64,000 bases of DNA from the human T2T-CHM13v2.0 reference genome, Homo sapiens, in NCBI RefSeq assembly GCF_009914755.1, contig NC_060927.1; one strand, 5' to 3'. This document shows positions 37,213 to 52,361 of the stretch, piece after piece. Position 1 is the first letter of the stretch; each line of letters starts with the position of its first letter. The notes under the pieces are model-generated. The model was not told the DNA's origin. It ran no database searches and worked only from the letters and a program-made list of their open reading frames with translations. Both the position numbers and the translations under genes were made by a program.

Positions 37213-39239
37213 GACTCCACTTCCAGCAAAAATTTAAGATGCCACTTGATTGTATTTACTGTAAAAATAAAAGGAGAGAAAATATAAAGTCAGCATTAAA
37301 AACAAATGTACGTATACAAACACAAAAGGCAAACAAAACATCATTGCACCCCAACGAGCACCTTCAGTCCTTCTGACATCAAGTACATGGAAAGAGAAAA
37401 AAAACTAGTGGGTGTGCCAATCCTAACAAGGGATGACGGAGAGCTTTGGGCTGAACCCCAGGAGTCCTCTAAACCTGCCTGAGACAGATCTACGCAGAAC
37501 ACCACTAGGTAAATCTGGTCAGGTAAAGAATTTCCATGTCCTGAGGCCAAATAAAAAGATTCCACAAACTGGGAACTCTTCAATTGCAAATCAATTTTGG
37601 TCCTGTCTATTGGATACAAATATCCAAGGTGTGATTGAGGGCTAAGCTACAATTCTAGAATCCATGTGGAAAAATACAACATCATAAAACTAGTGGCCCA
37701 ATCTGGGGTTGACATTCTGCAGTGGGGCAGATACACTGCCCAACAGTTACGGTTACCACAGTGACAATGTGAAAAATAGGTGACTTATTTAAGGAAGAGG
37801 TAATAAATTGCTTATAAAAGTTATGTAAAAATCACAGTGTAATTGCCACATAAAAACTTAGGAAAAGAAGAATAACATTCCCCAAACAGCCATATCATCA
37901 AAAGACACAAATCATTGCTATGAATATAGTTGTTGTATAAAAAAAAGAGAAATCAAGAAAATGCTAAATTGTCTGAGTCCGATTTACATTTACAGAATTC
38001 TGAGTAACATCACTAACCTAACTAGGCAAATGTAAATCAAATGAAAGTGTAATTAAAGGGAAAAAATCCTCTTTACTAAGTTGAAAATTACTGCTAACTA
38101 CATCAAAGGAGGTACTGACTATAGATAAGAATTCAGTAGGCCTCTCTTAGATAATTTCTCATTCTCATGAATCCAAGAACCTTTAGATCAGCAAGCTACT
38201 AAATAAAGCTGTATTTCAAAGCACTCTTTTCACTTCTTTCTCTTCCAGTTCTCTTAAGGTGATTTCTGTTGAACTTCAAAAGTATGAAACTATGTGGAGC
38301 ACAGCCAGAGCTAGAATACAACGTCTCCCAGGCACACTTCTTAAGTTCACTTTTTTGGTCTTTAGGAGTTCTCCACCTTCCTCCAAACTCCCTCTTCCAT
38401 CAGGCCCCCACCAATTAGACAGGGGAAAAAAGACTAATAACATTTTACGAAATGCTGCTTTTTCACAATAATTGAAATTTACTCAGCTTATAAGGATTTT
38501 AAAAGAAGAAAGGCAGATAAATATTTGCTTCTGGAAATGAGAATACAATAGATAACAACAATACACATAAAAACTGAATATACTATTACAATCAGAAACT
38601 TAAAAGACATGATGTTATTCTACATCAGAAAACCTCAAACTGCCAAAATCCATAATAATTAGGATAATTCCTGATGAGAATAAATCATAATCCTCTATAA
38701 ATAGTAGAAGCAGTATGGTTTTTACAAGAAAGGAATCACTAACAATTCAGAAACATCATGCCAAGGAATCAGAGAAAGTAAGACAATGGCATTCTAACAC
38801 TGGGAAGATTCTCCCTTACTCAGAAAGATTTTCCTCACACAATTCCATTTATCTGAGACCATCTGTATGAATGACATGTGTACTTTCATGTGGGATTGAA
38901 TGAGGGAATAAAAGAAAAGTAATGTTAAAACATAGCCAATTTGGGGAAGTGCAGAGCTGCCTGAACGCTGCATTGAGGTGTTTTTATCTGCCTAAAGGGA
39001 TTGATCATGAGGATCTGACTAACCAGTGGTATTGGGGCAGGGGTTGGGTTTAGATAATAGAAAGACAATTTTGAGGGTATAGGTAACTTTGCAACTTTAC
39101 ATAGGGAGCAAGTAGCAGCAACCATGTCTTTGCTACTAAAAATCATTTATAAGTTGTTTTTGGTCCAGTGTGGGTCAACATTTATGAGGCTTGAGAGGAA
39201 AAAATGGGCCCAACGAAATCTGAGAGTCCAACCACTAAA

Positions 39240-40817
<1,578 letters not shown>

Positions 40818-40828
40818 GGACTTGTTTC

Positions 40829-42592
40829 TTTTTTTTTTTTTTTCAGTGGCAAATTCTTCCAAGCATTTAATGAAAAAATCACATCAATTACAAACAAACT
40901 CTTCCAGAAAAGATAAGCCTAAGAAACATTGTCCAGAACATTGCATCAATACACCACCATTACTCTGATATCAAAACTGGACAGGGGCATCACAAGTCAA
41001 GAAAAGTACAGAAAAATATCCCTCAGGAGCAAAAATGTGGAAAGCCTTAAGGAACTTTTAACAAGCAGAATCTAGCAATATATACTAAGGAAAATACATC
41101 ATGACCGTGGTAGGCAAAATAATGGTCTCAGAAAGATGTCATGTCCTAACCCCCAGAACCTATAAATATACATATTATATTATTATATATGTAACATATA
41201 AGTATATTACATAAAATATATTTATGTAATTAATAATATATAAATACATTCTATATAAATATATATAGAGAGAAAACGTTAGGTAGCTAAAAAGAACTAA
41301 TGTTTCATATGGAAAGTAAATTTCATATTCCAGTGATCTTAAAATAGGACAATTATTCTGGATCATCCAGTGAACCCAAATAAATATACAAGGCCCTTAA
41401 ATGTAGAAGAGGGAAGCAGAAGAAAAGTCAGCATCACAGCAATGTGACATGAGAAAGACTCAACTGGCCATTGCTAGCTTTTAAGATGTAAAGGGGTTAC
41501 AAGCCTAGTAATGAGGACAGCTTCTAGAGGCTGGAAAGGGCCAGAAAACAAATTCTCCCCTAGAGATTCTAGAAAGAAACACAGTTCTGTCAACACCTTG
41601 ATATCAACATAACCCAAGTCAGATTTCTCATCTACAGAGTTGTAATATAATAGAGTTGGGTATTTAAAGCCCTTTAATTTATGGTAATTTGTTACAGCAA
41701 TAATATGAAATTAATACATGGGCCTTAATGGGTGGGACCAAGAATTAAAGCTGAGATAAGCCATTATGAGGTTCCATTCAACCTTTCCAGGCTTAAGAAC
41801 AGGCCAAATTGAACTGTTAAATGGAGAAGTGATGGGGATAATTACCCTTTTTCTAAATAGATCTCATAATGATTTTCAGTCATCTACTTAGATTTATATA
41901 GAAAAATGGTGATTGAAATCATCCTTAAAAAATGATTTTCAATTTTTTATTATTATTATACTTTAAGTTTTAGGGTACATGTGCACAATGTGCAGGTTAG
42001 TTACATATGTATACATGTGCCATGCTGGTGTGCTGCACCCATTAACTCGTCATTTAGCATTAGGTATATCTCCTAAAGATATCCCTCCCCCCTCCCCCCA
42101 CCCCACAACAGTCCCCAGAGTGTGATGTTCCCCTTCCTGTGTCCATGTGTTCTCATTGTTCAATTCCCACCTATGAGTGAGAATATGCGGTGTTTGGTTT
42201 TTTGTTCTTCCGATAGTTTACTGAGAATGATGATTTCCAATTTCATCCATGTCCCTACAAAGGACATGAACTCATCATTTTTTATGGCTGCATAGTATTC
42301 CACGGTGTATATGTGCCACATTTTCTTAATCCAGTCTATCATTGTTGGACATTTGGGTTGGTTCCAAGTCTTTGCTATAGTGAATAGTGCTACAATAAAC
42401 ATACGTGTGCATGTGTCTTTATAGCAGCATGATTTATAGTCCTTTGGGTATATACCCACTAATGGGATGGCTGGGTCAAATGGTATTTCTAGTTCTAGAT
42501 CCCTGAGGAATCGCCACACTGACTTCCACAAGGGTTGAACTAGTTTACAGTCCCACCAACAGTGTAAAAGTGTTCCTATTTCTCCACATCCT
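40829..42592 (-). mobile_element. 5'-truncated young L1 (L1PA2/3-like, 41943-42592) plus a 3'-transduced segment (40844-41942) and poly(A) tail
   Basis: L1 ORF2 C-terminus and 3'UTR on the minus strand; T15 run at 40829-40843; identical GGACTTGTTTC at 40818-40828 and 42593-42603. Confidence 0.88.
41107..41718 (+). mobile_element. MaLR LTR (MLT1-like) with an internal TA-rich stretch, inside the transduced segment
   Basis: GTGGTAGGCAAAATAATGG start and TTTGTTACAGCAA...TAATACA end, typical of MLT1. Confidence 0.7.
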
Positions 42593-42746
42593 GGACTTGT
42601 TTCAAAGGGACCAGGAGATTTTAGACAGGAAGGAGAAACAGAATCAACTGTCCAGATACAGTAACGAGAGATAAAACTCTGACATATGGGAGTTTGGGAG
42701 GCAAAATAGCTTCTACTTGAGAGATCTATAAGAAAAGCAGTTTCCA

Positions 42747-43089
<343 letters not shown>

Positions 43090-43448
43090 TTAGACTTTGA
43101 GAGTAAAGGGATCATTCAGAATAAAAGTGGAGGACTGATTTGGCTAATGACACACAGTGAGTTCCAAAAAAACTTAGATGGTGAAGAACTAATGGTTTAA
43201 GATAGATGGTTGGAGATGGTAGAAACAGCTGGCTATCCTGCAATATCCATTCATCCCTGCTTCTGTGGTATGAATTTGAAGTTTTGCTATACATCTGGCC
43301 ACCTAGAACAAAGACTATGTTTCCTAGCTGCCCTTGAAACTAGGTGTGGCCACACAAGGCATTAATAATACTGAAACCAACAGTGGCTATTATAATATCA
43401 TCAACCTACTGGCCCAATCTGGATTTTATATTCTGTGAGGGGTAGAAA

Positions 43449-43893
43449 TGAGGTAAGAGGCAGGACTCAACTCCGGAGGCAGAGCTCAGACACGGGACCA
43501 GATTGGGGACTGGCTAAAACACAGAAGAGGTGAAAGCACCTCTCTGTAAGAAATGCCTATCAGTATGCCATATCAGTTTACTATTGCCATGGTAACACCA
43601 GGAAGTTACCTGTTTTTCTAGAAATTTCTGCATAGCCCACTTCTTAATTTGCATATAGCTAAAAGTGGGCACAAATATGACTGCAGAAGTGCCTATGAGC
43701 TGCTCCTCTGGGCACACTACCTATGGGGTAGCCCTGCTCCGCAAGGAACAGTACCTCTGCTGCTGCTATACACTGCTGCTTCAATAAAAGTTGCTGTATA
43801 ACACCACCAGCTTGCCCTTGAATTCTTTCTTGGGCCATCCCAAGAACACTCCTGGGCTAACCCCCAGTTTTGGAGCTTGCCTGCCCTGCATCA
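43449..43893 (+). mobile_element. ERV1-class solo LTR (MER66-like)
   Basis: TG...CA termini, AATAAA near 43783, imperfect 4-bp TSD GAAA/GATA; family assigned from memory of the consensus. Confidence 0.7.
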
Positions 43894-44003
43894 GATATAC
43901 TGCCCAACAGTAATAGTACGTACCTAAGTTCACATTGCCTAATTTCACAGTGAGTTATCTAAGGAACCCATTTCATTACTTCTTATAAACGTTACATAAA
44001 ATT

Positions 44004-44290
44004 GCCCGGCACAGTGGCTCACGCCTGTAATCCCAGCACTTTGGGGGGCCGAGGCAGGTGGATCACAAGGTCAGGAGATCGAGACCATCCTAGCTAACAC
44101 AATGAAACCCCGTCTCTACTAAAAATACAAAAAATTAGCCGGGGTGGTGGCACACACCTGTAATCCCAGCTACTCAGGAGGCTGAGGCAGGAGAATCGCT
44201 GGAACTCAGGAGGTGGAGGTTGCAGTAAACCGAGATCACACCACTGCACTCCAGCCTGGGCAACAAAGAGAGACTCTGTCTCAAAAAAAA
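44004..44290 (+). mobile_element. Alu (AluSc-like)
   Basis: Full length; GTTA(C/T)ATAAAAT flanks. Confidence 0.93.
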
Positions 44291-45399
44291 AGTTATATAA
44301 AATCACAGCATAATTGGCAAATAAAAACTCGGAAGAGTGACACTCCCCATGCCATGCCATCAAGGCCATGTATAACACAGCAAGATAAAAAAGAGCCAAG
44401 ATTTCTGACCTTGTGGAAAGTCACATCAATCCTGTACCATCAAAGTTTTAAGTGATAGAGAATAGTTGCATCGTATTTAAATTACTGTCATCAACAGCTA
44501 ATCCTAATAACAAACTAATGCAGGGAATTATCTTGAATGTGGAGACTGAGGTAAACAGGGATGTAAGGTATGACACAGTAGTCCCAAATGTCTCTTGAGA
44601 AAAGGTGGCTAATCAATTTAAACCATAGCCTTCTTGGAACTGCTCTCTTAGGCAGCATTGATACAGACTTTCATAAGGGAAAAAGGGGCAGTCCTCTAGC
44701 AGCATATGGAACTATGTGGGATTTCTTTTCAATCTTGATAAGGGTGTTGGCATTTACTTCACTAGCAGTTTAAGGAGGGAAAGGAACTACAGAGAATTAG
44801 AGGGAATAACCAAATGTTACTTTCTCCTAATATCCCCAGCCTTAAATGGTAGGCTCAGTCCTTGTGCCTCTTCTGTATCTGCACTCACTGCCATGGTGAA
44901 CTCATCCAGTTTTATAGCTTAATATGAATGTAAATATATTCACCATATAGTGACAACTACTAATTTCATATTTCTGGTTCATACCTCTCCACTGAACCCC
45001 ACACTTTTATATCTATTTGACAACTCTATTTGAATGTCTAACAGACATTTCAAATTTAACAAGATCCAAATCAAAACCGTGATTTTCCCTTCAACTTTGC
45101 TCCTACCACATTCTTACCCATCTTGGTAAATGGCAATTCCATTCTTCCAGTTACAAACACCAAAAACTTAAGTCATCATTTACTCTTCTCTCACATACCA
45201 AATCCAACTTGTAAATAAAAACATTTGTTGGCTTTATCTTCAAAATGTAAAATATTTCACCGCCTCCACTATGACCGCAATCCAAGATGCCATCTTCTCT
45301 TAACCAGAATTACTACAGCAGCTTCCTAATTAGCCTCTGAGCCACTCTACAATGTATGCTCACCACAACAGCCCATGTGGCTGATTTAAAATAAACCAC

Positions 45400-45690
45400 A
45401 GCCAGGTACAATGCCTCACACCTGTGATCACAGCACTTTAGGAGACCAAGGCAGGAAGACTGCTTGAGGCCAGGAGTTCAAGACCAGCCTGGGCAACATA
45501 GTGAGACCCCCTTCTTTACAAAAAAATAAATAATTAGCCAGGCATGGTGGTGAATGCCAGTAGTCCTAGCTACTTGGGAAGGCTGAAGCAGGAGGACTGC
45601 TTGAGCACAGGAGCTTAAAGTTACAGTGAGCTATGTTCATGCCACTGAACCCCAGCCTGGCCAACAGAGTGAGACCCTGTCTCTAAAAAA
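45400..45690 (+). mobile_element. AluJ-like element
   Basis: Diverged Alu; TAAA(A)TAAACCAC flanks. Confidence 0.9.
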
Positions 45691-45999
45691 TATAAATTAG
45701 ATTAAATAAACCACTGCTGAACACTCTTCAGTGGCTTCCTATCTCACCCAGAGATTTAAAGACAGTTTCTACTGAAAAGTGCTTTCCTTTCACACCATCA
45801 TAAAGTCAATATAAATCATGTCAAACCATCATAGTCTGAGACTGTCTGTATATTCAAATCTGTTCATTACAGAACTCTGAAATACTATCAAAAATTAGAA
45901 ATTTAAATGTTCATAGATTTTACATCCCTGTGTGGATATATGTGTTTATAATATGGAAGGGTTAAAATCAAGAAAATATAATTAAGAGTTAGACCTAAG

Positions 46000-46275
46000 T
46001 AAGCATTATGCTAATTGAAAAAAGCTAGTACAAAAGGACAAATACTGTATGAATTCCACTTATATAAGGTACCTAGAGTAGTCAAATTCATAGAAACAAA
46101 AAGTAGAATGATGGCTGCCAGGGGCTAGGGGAAGGAAGAATAGGGAGTTATTGTTCAATGGGTACAGTTTCAGTTCTGCAAGATGAGTTCTGTGGATGGA
46201 TGGAAGAATGAATGGATGTGACAGTGGCACAACTGTGGATATACTTAATGTCACTGAACTGTACACTTTAAAAAA
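46000..46275 (+). mobile_element. Old L1 (L1MB-like) 3' end
   Basis: AAAGGACAAATACTGTATG...GTCAAATTCATAGA...CACTGAACTGTACACTT. Confidence 0.7.
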
Positions 46276-46824
46276 AAGATGGTTTTTAAAAAAGAAAATA
46301 AAAGAATTAGATTTAGGAAATAAAACTAAGAGGTAAAAGCACTAACAATAAGAAAAATTTTAGATGATAAACAGGGAGACCATGACTTGTCAACAAGAAT
46401 GTACCTATAGATAAGAAGTGGCAGAAAAATCTCTAGTAGTGAACAAGAATGTGAAGAATAGATAAGAAATTCAAGAGCTAGATCACAAGCATATTTATAC
46501 CGAGTTTTCTTTGGGTCACTTGCATACTAGTTAATAGAGAAAGCAGGCTGGCTTATTACTAACCAAGGTCCTATTAAAAGAAGTACAGTTTTTATCAACG
46601 GTCCCCTAAATTGATAGCTCTGACCAGACTCCTGTGTCTCTTCTCCAATAGAGAAAGAAGAAAGGAGAAAGGCAAGCCTTTTATTCAGATTGGTGCCATC
46701 ACAGAACTTGCACACTTGAGCTGAGATCTCTTGTACAGTAGAAAAGAGAGAGAAGCAGGCTCACCATTTCCAGGCACGGACTCAAAGGCTTAGCCACAGC
46801 AAACAGTATGGCCGTTTACTTTAT

Positions 46825-47048
46825 CAGGGGTGTCCAATCTTTCGGCTTCCCTAGGCCACATTGGAGGAAGAATTGTCTTGGGCCACACATAAAATACACT
46901 AACATTAATGATGGCTGATGAGCTAAAGAAAAAAAAAATCACAAAAAAATCTCATAATGTCTTAAGGACATTTACAAATTTGTGTTGGGCTGCATTCAAG
47001 GCTGTCCTGGGCCGCATGTGGCCCATGGATCGTGGGTTGGACAACCAT
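46825..47048 (+). mobile_element. MER30-like DNA transposon
   Basis: CAGGGGTGTCCAATCTT start and GGGTTGGACAA end. Confidence 0.75.
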
Positions 47049-47204
47049 GGTTTAATTAGTAAAGACCTCCAACTCCCACCCCATCTCAATTCCTGTATGC
47101 ATTTGCGAAAGTGTATGTGTACGCTGTGGTATTTACATTTCCTTGAAATTCTAGCTATGATTAATAGCCATACTTCAATATTATTCGTATTGGCTATACT
47201 TATA

Positions 47205-47379
47205 ATGAAAATTAGCTGGGCGTGGTGGCGGGCGCCTATAATCCCAGCTACTCGGGAGGCTGAGGCAGGAGAGATCACTTGAACCCAGGAGGTGGAGGTT
47301 GCAGTGAGCCAAGATTGTGCCACTACGCTCCAGCCTGGGCGACAGAGTGATACTCCATCTCAAAAAAGAAAAAAAAAAA
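47205..47379 (+). mobile_element. Alu right arm (5'-truncated)
   Basis: AAAATTAGCTGGGCGTGG through to the A tail. Confidence 0.9.
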
Positions 47380-50240
47380 CTATTTTAAAAATGAGATGAA
47401 TTTGTACATGTTGATATAGAAAGATGTCTATGTTAAATGAGAAAACCAAGGTATACAGCTGTATTATATGATTCAATTCCTTTTGTGAAAAGAAAAAGTG
47501 AGATATATTTAAGCTGGTGGATACCAAAACATTTTCTGGGAAGATATGCAAGACACTTAATAATGGAGACCCCTAAAAGGGTGGGGGCACTGGGATGAGA
47601 AGGAAAGCTTTAAATTCTAATTTTATATGTTTCTGTTCTGTTTGAAGTTTTCAACAATGCTCACAGTATTATTTAATCTATCCACTTATATATTTAATAT
47701 AGAATTATCTGAGTGAAAGGATTATGACCTAATTTTTATGCATTTCTGCATTTCTATAAAACCCTAATAAATAATATTTTTATAAGATCACCATTCTCCA
47801 CACTTGAATCCCCTTCTTATTAAAACTCTCACCTGGCTTATCTTCATGAAGATACTATACTTTGTTTACTTTCTTATGTAAAATGAGGCTAATAATACCT
47901 ACCTGACAAATTAGTTATGATGATTAAATGAGATAAAGTATGTAAAGTGTCCAGTAGAGTACCCAATACACAGTAAGCACTTAATAAATGTTAGTATTTC
48001 CAGTGAAAGTTGTTTTTTCACCCTGCATATATATAGTCACTCTTTTCCCACCTAAAAAGAATTTCTCTTTGCAACAACCACTTCCTCACTGTTAGCCCAT
48101 GTGGCATGAGGCCCAGACTTAAGCCAATTAGAGCATTCCATTCCCTTTGCACAGACTGTTTCACAGGTGGCCCAGGACTTTTATTCAAATCAATGCTGGG
48201 GAAGAGAAACTCTCATTCCCCCTTGGATTTTAATTTTAGAAGATATGAGGCTGGAGTTGCTGTAGCTATCTTACCACAGCAAGGGGAGAGCCAAAAGGTG
48301 CTAGAGGCCATCATACGGAACCTGAAAATACTGCCAACACAATGGAGTTCAAAGCAAGGAAAGAAACCAAATCCTTGTGTCTTTGTCTGAACCCTTAATC
48401 CAGTTATAGTCACCTGACTTTTTAGTTCCAGGAGACAATATTTGTTTTTTCTCAAGACAATTTGGATTGGGTTTTCTGTCACTTGTAATCAACAGGCTCC
48501 TATCCTAGATATTACTGTAATTATTTCTTCTTCTTACATTCTAAAAATGAACATTTCCTTAATATCCTTGGTCTGGTGCTAGCTTCTCTCCACTTACAAT
48601 CTTAAAAACCTAACCTATTTTTAGTGATCCAGTTATTCTTACAGCACTACCCATTTTATTTTCTCTCTTAAGCCATACTCTCTACCTCTACTGCTTGTTG
48701 AATATATCTTTCCAGAATTCCAACCTACGGAATAAAAACATACTTATCTTTCAAAATGATATTTCCAAAAAAGAGCTGTTCTGCCTTCTAGCTTCCTGGG
48801 TTTTCGGTGATAAGTTATGTGTGTTTCGGTAACATTAATATACCAAGGTGCTTATATTATCAAGAGGAATATTCACTTCTATCTGCACTGTGTCTATATC
48901 TAATTTATTAATCTTGAACAATATTCTCTAAATATTTATACAATACTTACATAAATTCATATTAGTTAATATCTAATTTATCTAAATATTTACAATTACA
49001 AATTTAATCTTTTAAAATATTTACTCAGAAATCTAATTTCAGCCTTTCTGAAATGTTATGACATTAGAAGGCAAACAAAACACATATTGTTAAAATGATG
49101 AAAAAACCTTGCACTTAAAGAACTGAAAATGAAGATTTTAATTCTAATTCCAATTTTTCTCTTTGAACTTATTTCTTCCTGTGGGGTATAATTTTTTTCT
49201 AATGTAAAAAGTGAGGTTTTCCTTCTAAGACTGCCTGAAATTGCAGATAGAGATTACTGACAGATCATTTTAGACTAGGAAGATAAGACCCAGTTATAGC
49301 AATACTTTCCAAAATGACTGTAACCCAGTCTTTTCCAGGTAGGCCAGCTTCTCTTTGTAATTAAACTCTGTTAATTTCATGAGACATGTCCAAAATATTG
49401 GCAACAATCAACCAAAAGTCTTTATTTCTTGTGACTCTAATATCTTCTCAAAATTTATACTTATTCTGAATGTCTTATTTTTGTGGTATATATAAATCTC
49501 CAGATTTAAGTCTACTCTGTAGCTGTTTGTTATGTTTTCTCATTATACAACCTGGTTTATGCCCCTTTTCAAAATAGTTTTCTGAGTGGGCAATGGTTAG
49601 GTTCAATTAAATTTAAGGCCATCAGTCAGTTGATTTATCAAAACTATATTTTCTGTGACTTATCGTTCTTCCTATACCTTATCACTAATTCAAGGATACA
49701 CAAAGAATAGTATATGACTGACTTCAAGGGTTTATACTCTGAACCATCACAATCTACAAAAGCTATAGATTTTTACCCCAAAATGACTCCAGATTTTTTT
49801 CCATCCTACTTAGGCACTTCTCACTTACTGTTATATAGTAACAATCTTAACTAAAGCCTAGACTGATCTCAGTTTCTTTCCCCTTTAACATACCCCACAT
49901 AACTACTGTTAATTATTCTTCCTATATTTACCAAGTCATTCCTTGGCTCAGAATTGTTCTAAAAGCTGTTTCCTCCATATCATATCTAACATCCTTGACT
50001 TGGTTTTCAAGATCCTTCAGGAGCTACCCTTCCTCTAACTTGATATCCCATTATTCATCCTTAGCATACTTTGATAAGTTCAATGTCATAAACACAGCAA
50101 AATCAAATCCTTATGGAGCATGTGCTAGATGAACAATCATAAACAGTATGATGAGACAGGTATTATATGCTAGTTTCATAAATAAATACTCTCAAGATTG
50201 ACAAACTGAGGAAACTGTCAAGCATATACCTAAAAAATGA

Positions 50241-50582
<342 letters not shown>

Positions 50583-51757
50583 TGATACCTCTCCAACTCA
50601 GGTTTTGTAGTGTTTTACAACCTTTGGAAATGCAAAAATTCCAGAAGCCCTCAAAGATAATCCTTATATCTTCTTGGTATGCTTACCAGCCAAAAAACTT
50701 TTTTTCATTAAGGTTTATTTTCTGTAGCTTGTTTTATGAAAACAACAATTCGTTTTTAACTTCAAACATAAAGATATATCACGATATTGAGTCTACGCTT
50801 ATGCAATACACACCAGTCTCCCAACCTCACCAAATTCTTACAATTGGTTGGGAGGGGGGTGGCTCTCCACACCTTTTTGAGAATCACTGAACCTGACTTC
50901 ATGCTCTTCCAGGGAAGAACCATAATGTATTTAGAGTGATCATGTAAATTCATTCAAAAGGGAGATTTAATGGTGATTTAACATGCCAGACCCTAAGTAA
51001 GCAAAAGTTAAAGAAAAAAAAAGGAGGCTAGTAGTTCTCAATGTCAAGTACTTAAGAGTTGTTGCATGAATACTGGAGATAGTCAAATGAGCCAGTGGCT
51101 CTTTAACAATATAGGGAATTAGGAGCAAGTATGAGATTCTGATTATAAAGTTGTAGGAAAACTAACTTCCCAGAAAAATGCACATAGAATTATGTATACA
51201 ATGTCAGGCGAGTTATGAACTCTGAAGCCCAATCACCTACCACCAGATCCACAGACCTCAGGTTAAAAACCCACTAAAACTAAGTTCTCGGGGAACAGGA
51301 ATCGCCAAACTTGCTTACTAATTCTAATTATGCCTTACCCAGGGCAATGTATACAAACACTACTTAGGGAATATTTGCTGATCGATAATTTCCTCATAAA
51401 AATAACCATAACACTGGCGAGTCGTTTTTTCCACTAAAGAGCCTTTTAGTCAAATTATTTTAAAAGTCCTAAACCTTTCACTAGTAACACCAATGATCTC
51501 GAAAATCATTATTGCGCTATTCACATGTCGACTAAGCTATCACGAATCCAGGTCTTCCAGTTGTCTCTCTACTCCCTTAAAATTTAGGGCTTCCTCCTTC
51601 GCATCCCAAAAGCTACACCCGGAGCCCCGCTGCCGCCAGGGAGACAGAAAATGATGCTCCACGAAGCACACAGCTTCAAAACAGGAAAGATGGGATCCAG
51701 TGATGGCTACAACTTCCAAACCCTTTTCTCACCAGGTCCAGAGGTGAAGGGATTTAC

Positions 51758-51840
51758 CTCAAGTTCCAGGAAAGCGGTGGCGATTGCTCTCAAATACCTG
51801 GTACCTCCCCGTCACCATAGTGACTTCTAAGAGTTACGCT
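51758..51840 (-). other. IFT80: Probable IFT80 non-coding exon 1 (start approximate)
   Basis: Left edge of the CpG island; donor GAG|GTAAAT at 51757. A second candidate donor CTG|GTGAGA lies at 51732. The TSS cannot be read from sequence. Confidence 0.55.
51811..51824. promoter_or_regulatory. RFX X-box-like near-palindrome GTCACCATAGTGAC
   Basis: 14-bp motif resembling GTYRCCATRGYAAC at the 5' end of a ciliary gene. Confidence 0.6.
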
Positions 51841-52261
51841 CCCTTCCTCTTCCCGCGATACTTCTACGCGGCACGTCATCCGAGTGGGCCCGAGACCCCG
51901 CCTCTCGGCGAGCCCGCCCTCTTCTGAAGAGGCGTTTCTGGACCACTGAGCCCCGCCTCCCACTGTGAGCGGAACCCTACCGTTTTTAAAAAAATCTTTT
52001 TCAAAACTTGCCAGGTTGTCTTTCCAAATATTTTTAATAATAGTGCTGCTGCTGTAGACCACAGAGAAAAGAATCCCTCGCTCTTCCTTTTCACTTAGTA
52101 GAAACTTCTACCGCGTAGGTCCCGCCAGGAGTTCGCGCATGCGCAGGAGCGACAATAAGATGGCGGTGATAATCGCCGCACTTTTTTTCAAATTAGTGGA
52201 TCCCAGAAATCATTGCGCGCATTTGTAACGAATTTCCGTTCGAGTTTGTATTTTAGGCGCC

Positions 52262-52361
52262 ATTTTCGAGTGAAGGACCCGGAGCCGAAACACCGGTAGG
52301 AGCGGGGAGGTGGGTACTACACAACCGTCTCCAGCCTTGGTCTGAGTGGACTGTCCTGCAG
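52262..52361 (+). other. SMC4: SMC4 non-coding exon 1 (start approximate)
   Basis: Donor CAG|GTAAAG at 52362 inside the CpG island; the start is inferred near the YY1/initiator-like motif. Confidence 0.7.
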
